A stretch of DNA of 64,000 nt from Bacillales bacterium (GTDB lineage: Bacteria > Bacillota > Bacilli > CAJFEE01), in NCBI GenBank assembly GCA_029256085.1, contig JAQSYP010000002.1, forward strand, positions 264,426 to 328,425, given 5' to 3'. The position numbers were made by a program, and so were the translations under genes. A model generated the notes under the pieces. That model was not told the DNA's origin and ran no database searches. It worked only from the letters and a program-made list of their open reading frames with translations. Below, piece after piece: positions 10,464-20,198 of this stretch (within the stretch, counting starts at the first letter, position 1; the number at the start of each line of letters is the position of its first letter).

Positions 10464-10961
10464 TTATACTTGAGCTTTTCCAGTTAAATGTTCCACATTA
10501 ATTTTAACTACTCTAGCCTTCTCTTTCATTCTAGCAATATACTTTTCACCTTGTTCGATGTACTCAGGTGAATATTTTTTTATTAATTCGAGTAAAGCAT
10601 TGTCTTTTTCAACACCAAAGATCTCTTCAGCTCGTCCAAAAAGAACGACACTTTTGTAATTTGTATCAAATTTATCTGCTAAAAGTTCAACGTCTGTTGA
10701 CACACAAAAAGACACCTTATTACACTCGGATATGTTATCTAACTTCTCTCCTTCTAGCGCCGAGTGAAAGTACAAAACATTATTGAAATACACAAAATTT
10801 AACGGTGTAACGTATGGATAACCATTTTCATTTATTGTTGCAAGAACCCCGTGCTCGCCCTTCGCTAAAACTTCTTCACACTCAGTTATCGTTAGTTGCT
10901 TATCTTTTCTCCTCATTAATCTAAACAATCTCTTCACCCAATTCTTTAAAAATGAATTCAT
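10464..10961 (-). CDS. pyridoxamine 5'-phosphate oxidase family (flavin-binding split-barrel) protein
   Basis: VLATINENGYPYVTPLNFVYFNNVLYFHSA is typical of the PNPOx/NimA-like fold. Confidence 0.65.
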   Translation of the reverse strand: MNSFLKNWVKRLFRLMRRKDKQLTITECEEVLAKGEHGVLATINENGYPYVTPLNFVYFNNVLYFHSALEGEKLDNISECNKVSFCVSTDVELLADKFDTNYKSVVLFGRAEEIFGVEKDNALLELIKKYSPEYIEQGEKYIARMKEKARVVKINVEHLTGKAQV

Positions 10962-11095
10962 TTATACTACAGGATTAGACTTATCAAACTTCATAATCAA
11001 AGCACTCCAACACTTTTATTTCACTATAAAGGAATACTGTCGATTTCATAGAACTACTTATATAGTAAATTCTCTGATTGAAGGGAGCAAGGAAA

Positions 11096-11572
11096 TTGAA
11101 TAAATTAATTTTGGTTAGTATAGCTTGTCTAATTTTTTTAGTTGGGTGTTCTAACGAGAAAGTTACTAAAACTCCTAAAAAAGAACCTGTAATTACTTTA
11201 ACTAGCGAAGAACGAGAGATTTACAATAAATTTTCTTTAGATTTAAAAGAAGAGCATTTAAAAAATTTATCACCTTTAAGCATTGCAAAATTATATATAA
11301 ATGCTGGGCTTGAGAGAAAATACGAAGTTGAGTATGCTCTTTATACTGATAGAAAAAATTATGTTAGATGGTCAAAAGAGGATCACATGAAGTTTCCAGA
11401 CTCAGATAGATTAAATAAATCTATTGCCGAAACTATATACAGAGGAATTGAACAGGCCACGTTTAAACAAAAAAATGACTTTGAAGGTACACTAATTTAT
11501 AACAACAAAGGTTTTCAACTAATTAAAGACGAGGATGGAATATGGAACGTTGGGTTTATGCCAATTCAATAA
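11096..11572 (+). CDS. hypothetical lipoprotein
   Basis: TTG start after GGGAG. Signal peptide with lipobox (LVGCSNE). Confidence 0.45.
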   Translation: MNKLILVSIACLIFLVGCSNEKVTKTPKKEPVITLTSEEREIYNKFSLDLKEEHLKNLSPLSIAKLYINAGLERKYEVEYALYTDRKNYVRWSKEDHMKFPDSDRLNKSIAETIYRGIEQATFKQKNDFEGTLIYNNKGFQLIKDEDGIWNVGFMPIQ

Positions 11573-11917
11573 TCATAAAGCCATGAAACGCCTAACTGAA
11601 AATTCTATTACTAATAATGGTGCCAAAATTATAAGAAACACTGGCACTATGATTGATGGATTGTAATGCCAGTAAAAGTCAAATACAGTACCTTTTATTA
11701 ATGAGAGCCAGTTAAAGTACATTATTAGCCAAACACTATATGTTAAAAAACAGCTTCGCCTCAAAATATAAAAAGCCGCTAATGTTAAAAGACAAAAATC
11801 AAGAATAAATCTAGCTAAAAATAATTGGTCTACACCAAAAGTAATTACAGTCCATAAGTACAGCCGAATTCCAACAATTATTAGAATAAAGTGAAATAAT
11901 ATAAGTAGCTTTTTCAT
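11573..11917 (-). CDS. hypothetical integral membrane protein
   Basis: 114 aa with three or four hydrophobic helices. Confidence 0.4.
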   Translation of the reverse strand: MKKLLILFHFILIIVGIRLYLWTVITFGVDQLFLARFILDFCLLTLAAFYILRRSCFLTYSVWLIMYFNWLSLIKGTVFDFYWHYNPSIIVPVFLIILAPLLVIEFSVRRFMAL

Positions 11918-12078
11918 ATTCTCCCCTTAGCATCCTAGTTTTTAAAAGGAATCATAATATGAATATGTTCGCAGCAAATTTTATAGAACATTATTTTAAA
12001 TATTTAAATTTAAAGATATAAAATAACGCTAATTTCAATATTATTTATAAAATGATATAGCAAATTTGAGGTGTGACA

Positions 12079-12531
12079 ATGTTAGTCAATACATTTGGAA
12101 ATAGACTTCAAGGTATTAATTACACAGACAGAATTAGCGTATATGCAATAACCTTTAATAATGACAATAAAGTTCCCGTTGTTAAAACTCCTAACGGTTA
12201 TTTTTTACTGGGTGGTGGTATTGAAAGTAACGAAACACACAAAGATTGCCTTACCCGAGAATGTCTTGAGGAAGCAGGTCTTTCTATTGAGGTTAAGGAA
12301 TTTATATGTAAAGGAGATATTTACTTTTGGTCGACTAAATTTGATTACTACATGCATGCTGTAGGTTTTTTCTATTATGTAGAATTGAATGCTGACGTAA
12401 CTTTACCAACTGAATGTGATCACGAACTATTATGGCTTAATATAGATGACTGTTGTAATAAATTATTTCTAGAACATCAAGTGTGGGCTGTCAAACAAGC
12501 TTTTTTATTAAAAAATAATCTTAAATGCTGA
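12079..12531 (+). CDS. NUDIX hydrolase
   Basis: Nudix box GGGIESNETHKDCLTRECLEEAGL (GX5EX7REUXEEXGU). ATG after GAGGTG. Confidence 0.7.
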   Translation: MLVNTFGNRLQGINYTDRISVYAITFNNDNKVPVVKTPNGYFLLGGGIESNETHKDCLTRECLEEAGLSIEVKEFICKGDIYFWSTKFDYYMHAVGFFYYVELNADVTLPTECDHELLWLNIDDCCNKLFLEHQVWAVKQAFLLKNNLKC

Positions 12532-12625
12532 AACGCTAAATTGCGTTCAGCATTTTTTTGAAAATGGAATAATTTTCTTGCAAATAACAAAAGCTAGGTG
12601 TTGTGATTTTATTGGTTGAAAGGTT

Positions 12626-12916
12626 GTGAACTCATTGGCTAAAGATGATAAGATGAAAATAGAAGCACTAACATTATCTGAAATATTAGATGTGGAAAGA
12701 ACTATATTAGCTAATGAACGAACTCTTCTTTCATTTATTAGAACATCACTTACGACTCTTGCTGCTGCCGTTTCGCTAATTCAATTTTTCGAGCATAAAG
12801 TTTATGATTTTGTTGGATATTCACTAGTTCCAATTGGACTTTTAGTTCTTCTTATTGGATTAATAAGACATTCTAATACTAAAAAATTAATTAGAAAAAT
12901 GGTTTCTAAAGGATGA
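12626..12916 (+). CDS. DUF202 (YidH-like) small membrane protein
   Basis: LANERTLLSFIRTSL motif followed by two TM helices. Confidence 0.55.
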   Translation: MNSLAKDDKMKIEALTLSEILDVERTILANERTLLSFIRTSLTTLAAAVSLIQFFEHKVYDFVGYSLVPIGLLVLLIGLIRHSNTKKLIRKMVSKG

Positions 12917-13455
12917 TTACAGTGAGAAAATATTTATTAAAAAATGGCAAGGAAGTATCTATTAGATTTTCTATACCCTCTGATGCTGAAAATATAATTT
13001 CATATATTAATAGAGTTGGTGGAGAAAGTAACTATCTTACTTTTGGAAAAAATCAATTCCCGCTAACTGTTGAAGATGAAATTAAACATATAGACTCGCA
13101 AGCTCAAAAGGAAAATTGTTGCTCAATCATTGCTGTAGTTGCTGGAGAAGTTATAAGCTGCGCTAATGTTTCGGCTTCCGATAAGGATAGAATTAAGCAT
13201 ATCGGTACAGTAGGTATTTCCGTACGAAAAGATTTCTGGGGCGTTGGTGTTGGAAAACTTGTAATGCACGAACTGATAGATTGGGCTAGGGAAGGTGGCA
13301 TTCTTAAAAAATTATGTTTGAAAGTTAGAGAAGATAACGTTGCTGCAATAGATTTATATGAAAAATTAGGCTTTGTAACGGTCGGCCTTCTTGTAAATGA
13401 TTTTTATATAGACCAAAAATATTATAATTGTATTTTAATGGAATTATTTTTATAA
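12913..13455 (+). CDS. GNAT family N-acetyltransferase
   Basis: VGVGKLVMHELIDWAREGGILKKLCLKVREDNVAAIDLYEKLGF is a GNAT motif A/B region. Confidence 0.75.
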   Translation: MITVRKYLLKNGKEVSIRFSIPSDAENIISYINRVGGESNYLTFGKNQFPLTVEDEIKHIDSQAQKENCCSIIAVVAGEVISCANVSASDKDRIKHIGTVGISVRKDFWGVGVGKLVMHELIDWAREGGILKKLCLKVREDNVAAIDLYEKLGFVTVGLLVNDFYIDQKYYNCILMELFL

Positions 13456-13462
13456 AATTTTT

Positions 13463-13580
13463 TCATATTCCATAATTTCTGCACAATTATATTTTATATT
13501 AAGTACATGAAAACCTTTCAAACCTTAAAACCCTAACCTTTTTTCTGTGGACTACCCGAAAACCACAGATTTTTTTTTGT
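13463..13580. repeat. interspersed ~105-bp repeat, copy A (bcr-type / MITE-like element of the B. cereus group)
   Basis: Shares ATATTTTCTGCACAATTATRTTTTATATTWAGTACATGAAAACCTTTCAWRCCTTAAAACCCTAACCTTTTTCTGTGGA…CCACAG with 16329–16436, 19337–19453 and 21441–21558. Ends in an inverted repeat (CTGTGGA…CCACAG). Confidence 0.7.
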
Positions 13581-13591
13581 GTTTTTTTAAC

Positions 13592-13710
13592 TTATAATCC
13601 AAAGATTGAGGTTTATAATCCGAACTAGCTATTATTTAATCCGATATATGTGTTTTTTAATCCGAAATTTATTTTTTTAATCCAAACTCAAAGTTTTATA
13701 ATCCAAACAA
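13592..13710. repeat. phased array of six T(T/A)TAATCC(A/G)A motifs at ~20–22-bp spacing
   Basis: ttataatccaaa / ttataatccgaa / tttaatccgat / ttaatccgaaa / ttaatccaaac / tataatccaaac, seen directly in the sequence between two convergent gene ends. Confidence 0.6.
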
Positions 13711-13758
13711 AAAAATAGACCAAGTTTCTTATAAGGAAACCTGATCTATTTTTATTTA

Positions 13759-14619
13759 TTAAATTTTCCAACTTACAATATACTCGGTATGAGGACTAGC
13801 TGGTAAATCTAACATTGGTTCTTCGAGTACCCAATCACCCTTTAAATTCAATTCATTACAAGCTAGCTCAAACTGCGCTATCGCTATTCCCATATCTAAC
13901 ATCTGCATGTCATATCCCATCCGATTATAATTGGGTGTATGCTCGATATAAAAATGATATAAGGTGCGATCTTCTGAAACGATAATTCTCCAAGGCTGTT
14001 TGTTTGAAGCTGATGGACCTATTCTGACCATTTCTAACGGCGCTTCTAAAAGTCCTGAATCTGATTTAGAAAGTGGCTTACCTAATTGTGCATCAAAAAA
14101 GATCTGGTCCCACGATTTTCGATTATCAGACTTTGCCAGAAAGCGAAGTGTCTTATCGATAAAACTTTTATTATCAAGAGGGTAGCCGATTGGAGTTATA
14201 CAAGGAATAAACTCTCCCTCATTTAATTCAATCTCCTTTTCAAAGGAACTTCTGCTAAACGTTCCCCCCATCCAACACGTCCCAATCCCTAGCTCGGTCA
14301 AAAGTATAATTAGTTTCTGCAGGGTATATCCCGATCCTACAATTGAATACTTATCATTTTTCGTAATACCGATTAAATATCCTCTAGGATTTTTGATAAT
14401 TCCATATGTTCCGAGCTTAAGACCTTTATCAGAAACATTTTTAGTAACTTTTACTAGCTCTATTTTATTAGTTTTGCCAAAAGGATCTGTAAGATTTTGT
14501 TCGTCACTTATGTAAGTTAATATTTTATCAAAATGTGCATCAGTTATATTTTTTTCATCAAAAGTTCTTACAGAATAACGTTTCTTCATTGATTCAATTA
14601 AAGATTTTTCAAAAATCAT
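13759..14619 (-). CDS. nitroreductase family protein
   Basis: Nitroreductase-type RYSVRTF motif near the N-terminus and a second nitroreductase-like half (WMGGTFS). Confidence 0.55.
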   Translation of the reverse strand: MIFEKSLIESMKKRYSVRTFDEKNITDAHFDKILTYISDEQNLTDPFGKTNKIELVKVTKNVSDKGLKLGTYGIIKNPRGYLIGITKNDKYSIVGSGYTLQKLIILLTELGIGTCWMGGTFSRSSFEKEIELNEGEFIPCITPIGYPLDNKSFIDKTLRFLAKSDNRKSWDQIFFDAQLGKPLSKSDSGLLEAPLEMVRIGPSASNKQPWRIIVSEDRTLYHFYIEHTPNYNRMGYDMQMLDMGIAIAQFELACNELNLKGDWVLEEPMLDLPASPHTEYIVSWKI

Positions 14620-14632
14620 TTAGCGTACCTCT

Positions 14633-15172
14633 CTATAATTCAATTTTTACCGCATCGACAATTAAAGAAGGAAAGACTAATTTTTCACCTTTGTTTCTTG
14701 GATCATACTTTTTAGAACGAAAAATAATACCATCATTGCCATCCCAATCATTTATGCAAAAATCACCGTTTTCATTACAATACTCTAATAAGTTAACCTT
14801 AAATCCAGCACATTCAAACATTTTTGTTAAAGTTTTATAATTATGTACAATTTTATGAGTAGCAGCTGGGCCGGGGCCATCAACTTTTACAAGGTTTTGG
14901 TATACATCATCTTGAAAGTAGGCATCCGGAACGGCACAACGTACATACCCATTCTTAGCTAAAAATTTATAACAGATTTTCGCTGCTATCATTCCCTCAT
15001 CAAACGTTAAATGCTCCCATACATGTTCCGCAAGTATTGCTGATAAAGATTGTTCTTCAAATTTATCTTGCCAAGTTTTTTCATCTAGTAGGTTAAGCGT
15101 ATCCTCATTTGTATGCAACCAACCTGGGTTATTATTATATTCACCCGAACCAACTACTATCTTTAATACCAT
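14633..15172 (-). CDS. hypothetical protein (possible methyltransferase-like fold)
   Basis: 179 aa with IVVGSGEY and AEHVWEHL motifs; only a weak resemblance to SAM-MTase-like proteins. Confidence 0.3.
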   Translation of the reverse strand: MVLKIVVGSGEYNNNPGWLHTNEDTLNLLDEKTWQDKFEEQSLSAILAEHVWEHLTFDEGMIAAKICYKFLAKNGYVRCAVPDAYFQDDVYQNLVKVDGPGPAATHKIVHNYKTLTKMFECAGFKVNLLEYCNENGDFCINDWDGNDGIIFRSKKYDPRNKGEKLVFPSLIVDAVKIEL

Positions 15173-15184
15173 TAATATCCCCTC

Positions 15185-15481
15185 TTAAGGCTTATACTTT
15201 TGTGGATTACTAAAAAAATCACTATAGTTGTATCTTCCTACTACATCGAAAGTTTTTAAATCCTTTTTAAACTCAATTACAAACACTTCTCCGTGAAGTC
15301 CAGAATCATAATTATTATCTACTATTGCAAGCCTATTTTCTCCAAGAGGCACTACAGTGGTAGAAATTGAGTTGTATGTAGGTTGTTCAACATTGTTAAA
15401 ACTTGGTACTGGTTTTAAAGCGATAAAAATTAAACAAATTAAGATTCCAATTAAAATGTACTTTGTAGAATTATTATTCAT
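15185..15481 (-). CDS. hypothetical membrane-anchored protein
   Basis: Start at the internal Met (MNNNSTKYILIGILICLIFIALKP) followed by a signal anchor. The listed ORF extends further upstream without support. Confidence 0.35.
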   Translation of the reverse strand: MNNNSTKYILIGILICLIFIALKPVPSFNNVEQPTYNSISTTVVPLGENRLAIVDNNYDSGLHGEVFVIEFKKDLKTFDVVGRYNYSDFFSNPQKYKP

Positions 15482-15561
15482 GTGTTCTCCATTTCTCTTA
15501 ATAAAGGGTTTTGACAAAATTTGTAGAATACCTATTCTATTAGAAAAAAAGTGAGGTAAAT

Positions 15562-15876
15562 ATGGTAATAGATACAAGCATTATACAAATAGCGCTTATT
15601 ATAATTGTACTATATTTTTTATACAGTTGGAGTCAGCTAGAAACAAAGCGTTATAAAATTTTCTTATATTTCATCGTTAGTACTATAATAGTTCCACTTT
15701 TCGTGACAGAAACTCGAGAGAATAGACTAGAGTTGTGGTTCCCACTAGGTTTTACATATTTGTTTGTTTATTTAATGTTAAAAGAAGATAAACAACCTAA
15801 TAAAGTAAAAGCTTGTATTCTAGGATTAGTAGTTGGAGTTTATATGCTAATTTCAAAATATTGGGGAGTTTACTAA
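15562..15876 (+). CDS. hypothetical membrane protein
   Basis: 104 aa with three hydrophobic helices. RBS GTGAGG upstream. Confidence 0.4.
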   Translation: MVIDTSIIQIALIIIVLYFLYSWSQLETKRYKIFLYFIVSTIIVPLFVTETRENRLELWFPLGFTYLFVYLMLKEDKQPNKVKACILGLVVGVYMLISKYWGVY

Positions 15877-16319
15877 TGAAAATAATTAAATGGACTACGG
15901 TGTCTATAGTTCTAATATCTATATTATTTATGGCAGTAAAAGCACTTGAATATAATAATCTATTAAAACTAACTTATAACCAAAGAGATATGGAAGATTT
16001 GACTAAGGTTGAATATCAACTTAAAATTCCATCCAGCGAACCAGCAAGTTATACAGATGAACAAGTTTTGAATGATAAAGAGAATTTTACTAAGCTACAA
16101 GATATTTTGCAAAACATACGTTGGGAAAACAACTGGAAGTGTTGTGTCGACGGAGATGTAAGAGCAAACTTAACTTTTAAAAATAAAGAAAAGATACTTT
16201 ACCATATTAATTTTGAATCAGACGGAGCAACGATTGCTTCTTTCGAAAATAAGAAAAAAACGAAGTTCTATAAAATGGATGAAAAAAGTTCCGATCAATT
16301 GAAAAAAATTTTCAATTAG
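15876..16319 (+). CDS. hypothetical membrane-anchored protein
   Basis: ATG overlaps the upstream TAA (TAATG coupling). N-terminal TM (MKIIKWTTVSIVLISILFMAV). Confidence 0.4.
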   Translation: MKIIKWTTVSIVLISILFMAVKALEYNNLLKLTYNQRDMEDLTKVEYQLKIPSSEPASYTDEQVLNDKENFTKLQDILQNIRWENNWKCCVDGDVRANLTFKNKEKILYHINFESDGATIASFENKKKTKFYKMDEKSSDQLKKIFN

Positions 16320-16328
16320 AATCTTTTT

Positions 16329-16436
16329 TGCATATTTTCTGCACAATTATGTTTTATATTAAGTACATGAAAACCTTTCATACCTTAAAACCCTAACCTT
16401 TTTCTGTGGATTCTCGAAACCCACAGATTTTTTTGT
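16329..16436. repeat. interspersed ~105-bp repeat, copy B
   Basis: Over 90% identical to copies A, C and D. Confidence 0.7.
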
Positions 16437-16440
16437 TCTC

Positions 16441-16545
16441 ATTCAAATTAAGGAAATCTTCTTTATCCTCTTGTGCAAAAACAATTACCTTTTATCCACC
16501 TTTTGGCATTGGAGCTCCATTGACAATAATTTCTACCAGACGAAA
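16441..16545 (-). pseudogene. relic fragment paralogous to the 219-aa gene at 21567–22226
   Basis: Minus-strand translation LVEIIVNGAPMPKGG*KVIVFAQEDKEDFLNLN aligns with LVAVTFNGIPLSKVGEKVILFAGEDKEDFYNLN of the intact gene, with an in-frame stop. The first 20 nt (GAAATCTTCTTTATCCTCT) are identical at DNA level. Truncated where repeat copy B begins. Confidence 0.55.
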
Positions 16546-16886
16546 TATTTTCATGTATTTTCATCTTTCCACTATTATTTTCAATAATTCCTATTTTGGT
16601 TATACACCTAGGTTCTACTAATCCAATCACATTTTCATTCAACCAAAAAAATAGAGTTTAAGTAATACACATTAGTAACGAGTCAAAATTAAGTGATATC
16701 CACAAACTTTTAAATTTATGTTTTTAATGAATTGCGAGTCCTGAGTAATTCCCTCTAAATGAACATCCCATTACTATTATCAAATCCAATAGTTTCATAG
16801 TAAAGTGAAATAATATTAAAAGAATTATTCTAGAGTGTAACTTTTAGATGATTTATCTGTCTATATAGGCAGAGAGGAGAACGCGC

Positions 16887-17386
16887 ATGTCAGACCCTAG
16901 GATTGAACTATATGAGACTTACAAAGATACTGTTTATTTGTATCTTTATCGGTCATCTCTAAATAAGCAAATAGCCGAAGATTTAACACATGATACTTTT
17001 TTAAGTGCCTTCCAATCTCTAGGTAAATTTAGAGGAGAGTCGTCACTGAAAACATGGTTAATCAAAATTGCAAGAAATAATTATATTAGCTTTTCCCAGA
17101 AGAAACAAAATAAGTTGAAATACATACCAAAGACATATATGAATACGAAACCAATCAACGTGATCATTATAAATGCCTCGATGAGAAGCTGTTAATACAA
17201 TTAGTTCTTGTTAAAATGCAAGAAAATTATCGAACATATATTATTTTGCGTGATGTTAACGGTTTAACTTATGAAGAAATATCTGTAGTAACTAATGAAA
17301 CGATTCATCAAGTTAAAGTTGGCCTTTACCGTGCTAGGAAAAAATTTCGAGAATTATATAAGGAAGTGAATGAAGAATGGAATTAG
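16887..17386 (+). pseudogene. ECF (sigma-70 family) RNA polymerase sigma factor, disrupted by a frameshift
   Basis: Region 2 (…DLTHDTFLSAFQSLGKFRGESSLKTWLIKIARNNYIS) is in frame 0 and stops at 17195. Region 4 (LDEKLLIQLVLVKMQENYRTYIILRDVNGLTYEEISVVTNETIHQVKVGLYRARKKF) continues in another frame to the TAG at 17384–17386. The shift maps to the A-tract near 17105–17115, consistent with a 1-nt deletion. Confidence 0.7.
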
Positions 17387-18828
17387 AACACGATGTAGTT
17401 AAAGACTTATACCCATTATATATTGAAAATGATTTGAGTCCATCCGTTAAAATGGCAGTCGATGAACATTTAAAAAAATGTGACCACTGTTCAAAAAATT
17501 ATAATAGCAGCGTAGGATTTTCTGAGAATTTAAAAGAGTTGGAAAAACCCGTAATTGCAAATAAGGTTGATGAAAAAATAATACTTAAAGTAAAGATAAA
17601 TCAATTAAAATACTTAACTATGTTTTTAGCTAGTATTATACTTACAATTTTAATTTTAGATTACAAAAATGACCGAGAAAAACTATTAACTAAATTTCAA
17701 GATTACTTTATCGCAGCCGACTTTTTACCAGATTCATTTGCTCCTATTAAAGACAACACACACAGCAACCTAGAATATTTAAAAGAAGACATTTTCCGTA
17801 TATTTGAGAAAAAAATAATTTTAGAAGAAAACTTAAATTACTTTGAAAAACGCGAACTGAATAATACAGAGTACCGTTTAACATTACATGATGATAGTTT
17901 TAATAAAATGCTCGAAATTATGGAAATGCGCTATGACCAGGGTTTATGGGATAAAACAGACGAGGCAGTATATCAAAAAACACAAAAATACTTCCTAGAT
18001 TTTAGCAAATTACTTGGTAAGCAAGAAAATAAGTTAAATCATGGTTATAGTTCCTATTTTGAAACACTAGATATTGTAGAAATGGATAAATTTTACAAAA
18101 AGATCAATTTATTAAGTGATAGTTATACTAGATTTCATAAACTTCCAGAACAATTACATCCTATCGGCAAATCAAAATTAAAGAAAATAATAGCAAGAAA
18201 ACTTAACGTAAGTGTCAGCGATGTAAAGATATTAAAAAATAGATTGAGTGAAATTCCCTTTAACTATGAATTTGTAATACAAGATAAATACAACGGTTGG
18301 ATAGACGGATATAATGGACAAATTACTACCGTAAATGGAAATCATGGTCTATCTGACGGTCAAGTAATGACAACTGATAATGCAAAGAAAAAAGCGCACG
18401 AACACCTCCAAAATATATATGGTGATAAAATTAGTTTCAACTTAGTTTCGTTAGGTTTTAACTATAATTATGAATTTTCCAACTCAGATTTTAAGGTACA
18501 TAGCTTTAGAGTAGTTCCAGTACTTAAAGGATACAAGTTCTATACACGATACAATGAAGGTACGATTATTCACATAGATTCAGATACTGGTAAGCTTAGA
18601 ATGTTAAGTCTTGATAATAGAATAGGAGATCTTAACGAATTCCCTAAAACTGACTTAACTATTAAAATATCTAAAGAAAAACTACAAAATAAAAATCTAA
18701 CCGACACAGTTATCATATACTCCGAACTAACAGGTAAATTCGAATTAGTATATATGAACCCTAGGCTGGAGGATTTTGAAAAAGAGAAATTTTATTCAAC
18801 AAAAGGAAATTTCAAACTTTCTTATTAG
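17377..18828 (+). CDS. anti-sigma factor with N-terminal zf-HC2 zinc finger, one TM segment and a large extracytoplasmic domain
   Basis: ATG overlaps the sigma stop (ATGGAATTAG). HLKKCDHC matches the H-x3-C-x2-C motif. TM segment YLTMFLASIILTILILDY. 483 aa. Confidence 0.7.
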   Translation: MELEHDVVKDLYPLYIENDLSPSVKMAVDEHLKKCDHCSKNYNSSVGFSENLKELEKPVIANKVDEKIILKVKINQLKYLTMFLASIILTILILDYKNDREKLLTKFQDYFIAADFLPDSFAPIKDNTHSNLEYLKEDIFRIFEKKIILEENLNYFEKRELNNTEYRLTLHDDSFNKMLEIMEMRYDQGLWDKTDEAVYQKTQKYFLDFSKLLGKQENKLNHGYSSYFETLDIVEMDKFYKKINLLSDSYTRFHKLPEQLHPIGKSKLKKIIARKLNVSVSDVKILKNRLSEIPFNYEFVIQDKYNGWIDGYNGQITTVNGNHGLSDGQVMTTDNAKKKAHEHLQNIYGDKISFNLVSLGFNYNYEFSNSDFKVHSFRVVPVLKGYKFYTRYNEGTIIHIDSDTGKLRMLSLDNRIGDLNEFPKTDLTIKISKEKLQNKNLTDTVIIYSELTGKFELVYMNPRLEDFEKEKFYSTKGNFKLSY

Positions 18829-18832
18829 CAAA

Positions 18833-18862
18833 AAAAGGACTCCTCAGAGTCCTTTTTAAGTT
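18833..18862 (+). terminator. rho-independent terminator
   Basis: AAAAAGGACTCCTCAGAGTCCTTTTT hairpin followed by a T-run. Confidence 0.65.
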
Positions 18863-18958
18863 TGTTGTTTGTTATCGTATTCTTTAAAACCTATTTGTAA
18901 TTTATTTAGCAACTCAGCTTGAGCTTTTTTATTATAAATTATTTGTGTTTCACTATAT

Positions 18959-19144
18959 TTATTTATCTATAACTCTGTAAGCATTCGTTGAATTTAAGTG
19001 GTTATCAAAAATCCACTGCTTTATTTCATCTTTTTCTCTTAATCTATCCATCTTTTTCTTATATTCTACTGGATCGTCAGGTTTACTCTTTCTTGTGTTT
19101 CCAGAAAATATAGCCTCTAAGATATCTTTGAAAAAATCCTCCAT
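18959..19144 (-). CDS. small hypothetical protein (61 aa)
   Basis: Short charged ORF; no recognisable motif. Confidence 0.3.
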   Translation of the reverse strand: MEDFFKDILEAIFSGNTRKSKPDDPVEYKKKMDRLREKDEIKQWIFDNHLNSTNAYRVIDK

Positions 19145-19336
19145 AAAATCACTCTCCCTATTATCCGTAACCTACAATTTTTCACTCTATCAATTGAAAC
19201 GTAAACGGTAACCAATAATTTCTATCTTAAATATCATCCAATGATTCTTTAAGAATAACTTGAGAAAGTAAAACCTTTCGTCTTTATCTATTATTCTTTC
19301 AAATTTTACCTCAATTTAAAAATTTTGATAAGGGAT

Positions 19337-19453
19337 TTTCCATATTTTCTGCACAATTATGTTTTATATTTAGTACATGAAAACCTTTCATACCTTAAAA
19401 CCCTAACCTTTTTCTGTGGATTCTCGAAACCCACAGTATTTTTTTTGCCTAAA
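19337..19453. repeat. interspersed ~105-bp repeat, copy C
   Basis: As copies A, B and D. Shares the extended 3' tail TATTTTTTTTGCCTAAA with copy D. Confidence 0.7.
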
Positions 19454-19490
19454 TTTGAAATAGTGCAAATAAATTTTGTCCGCACTACTT

Positions 19491-20186
19491 TTAAAACATT
19501 CCTGGTTTCTTGTTTAGAGGCTCATTAAAAAGATCAACATTTAAATTACCTGTTGAGTCTAGTTCGGCTAAAAATATGTCTTCTGCTTTTTGCGCGCCTT
19601 GCTTTACTATCTCCTGCTGCAACCACTTAGTATCTAACTTTGCAAATTTCAAATTATTATATTGTATTTCCCCATCAATAATTAGTGGTAGTGTTAGTCC
19701 CTCATATTGGGTATCTATATTCAAATCACTAGGAGTTACAGGTCTATTTTGTGATGTTGGAATTACAGATAGATTACCATCCGGTTCTATTATAGCGAAC
19801 TCTACATCTGAAACTTTTGCATATCCTTGTAATCTCAATAACGATAATAAGAAAGGCAAATTCATTCTATTTCGTCTCATTGCTTGTCTGTCAATTTTGC
19901 CGTTCACAATTATAATTTCAGGTTTAACATCAAAATTATAAAACCATTTATTTAATGATAATCTACCTATAATAACAGCCATAACGGCAATCGTGACTGT
20001 ACCTATGAAAGCTTTAGTTGTTACCTTGTATACTAGCGGTTCAGCCGCAACGTTAGCTAGAACCATAAGCGCCGTGAAATCATAGGATGTTAGCTGAGAA
20101 ATAGACTTCCTTCCAATTAGCCTAACACTAAACCATGAGAAAATTAATACAACTATACATCGAGATACATAAACTAAGAAATCCAT
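19491..20186 (-). CDS. DUF421 (YetF-like) membrane protein
   Basis: SISQLTSYDFTALMVLANVAAEPLV together with the C-terminal YetF-type soluble domain. Confidence 0.7.
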   Translation of the reverse strand: MDFLVYVSRCIVVLIFSWFSVRLIGRKSISQLTSYDFTALMVLANVAAEPLVYKVTTKAFIGTVTIAVMAVIIGRLSLNKWFYNFDVKPEIIIVNGKIDRQAMRRNRMNLPFLLSLLRLQGYAKVSDVEFAIIEPDGNLSVIPTSQNRPVTPSDLNIDTQYEGLTLPLIIDGEIQYNNLKFAKLDTKWLQQEIVKQGAQKAEDIFLAELDSTGNLNVDLFNEPLNKKPGMF

Positions 20187-20198
20187 TTTTCACCCTTC

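Noticed and set aside
14633-15172. Confident SAM-dependent methyltransferase call
   Set aside because: I see only a weak G-x-G-like motif and no clear motif I/post-I/II series, so I kept it as hypothetical.
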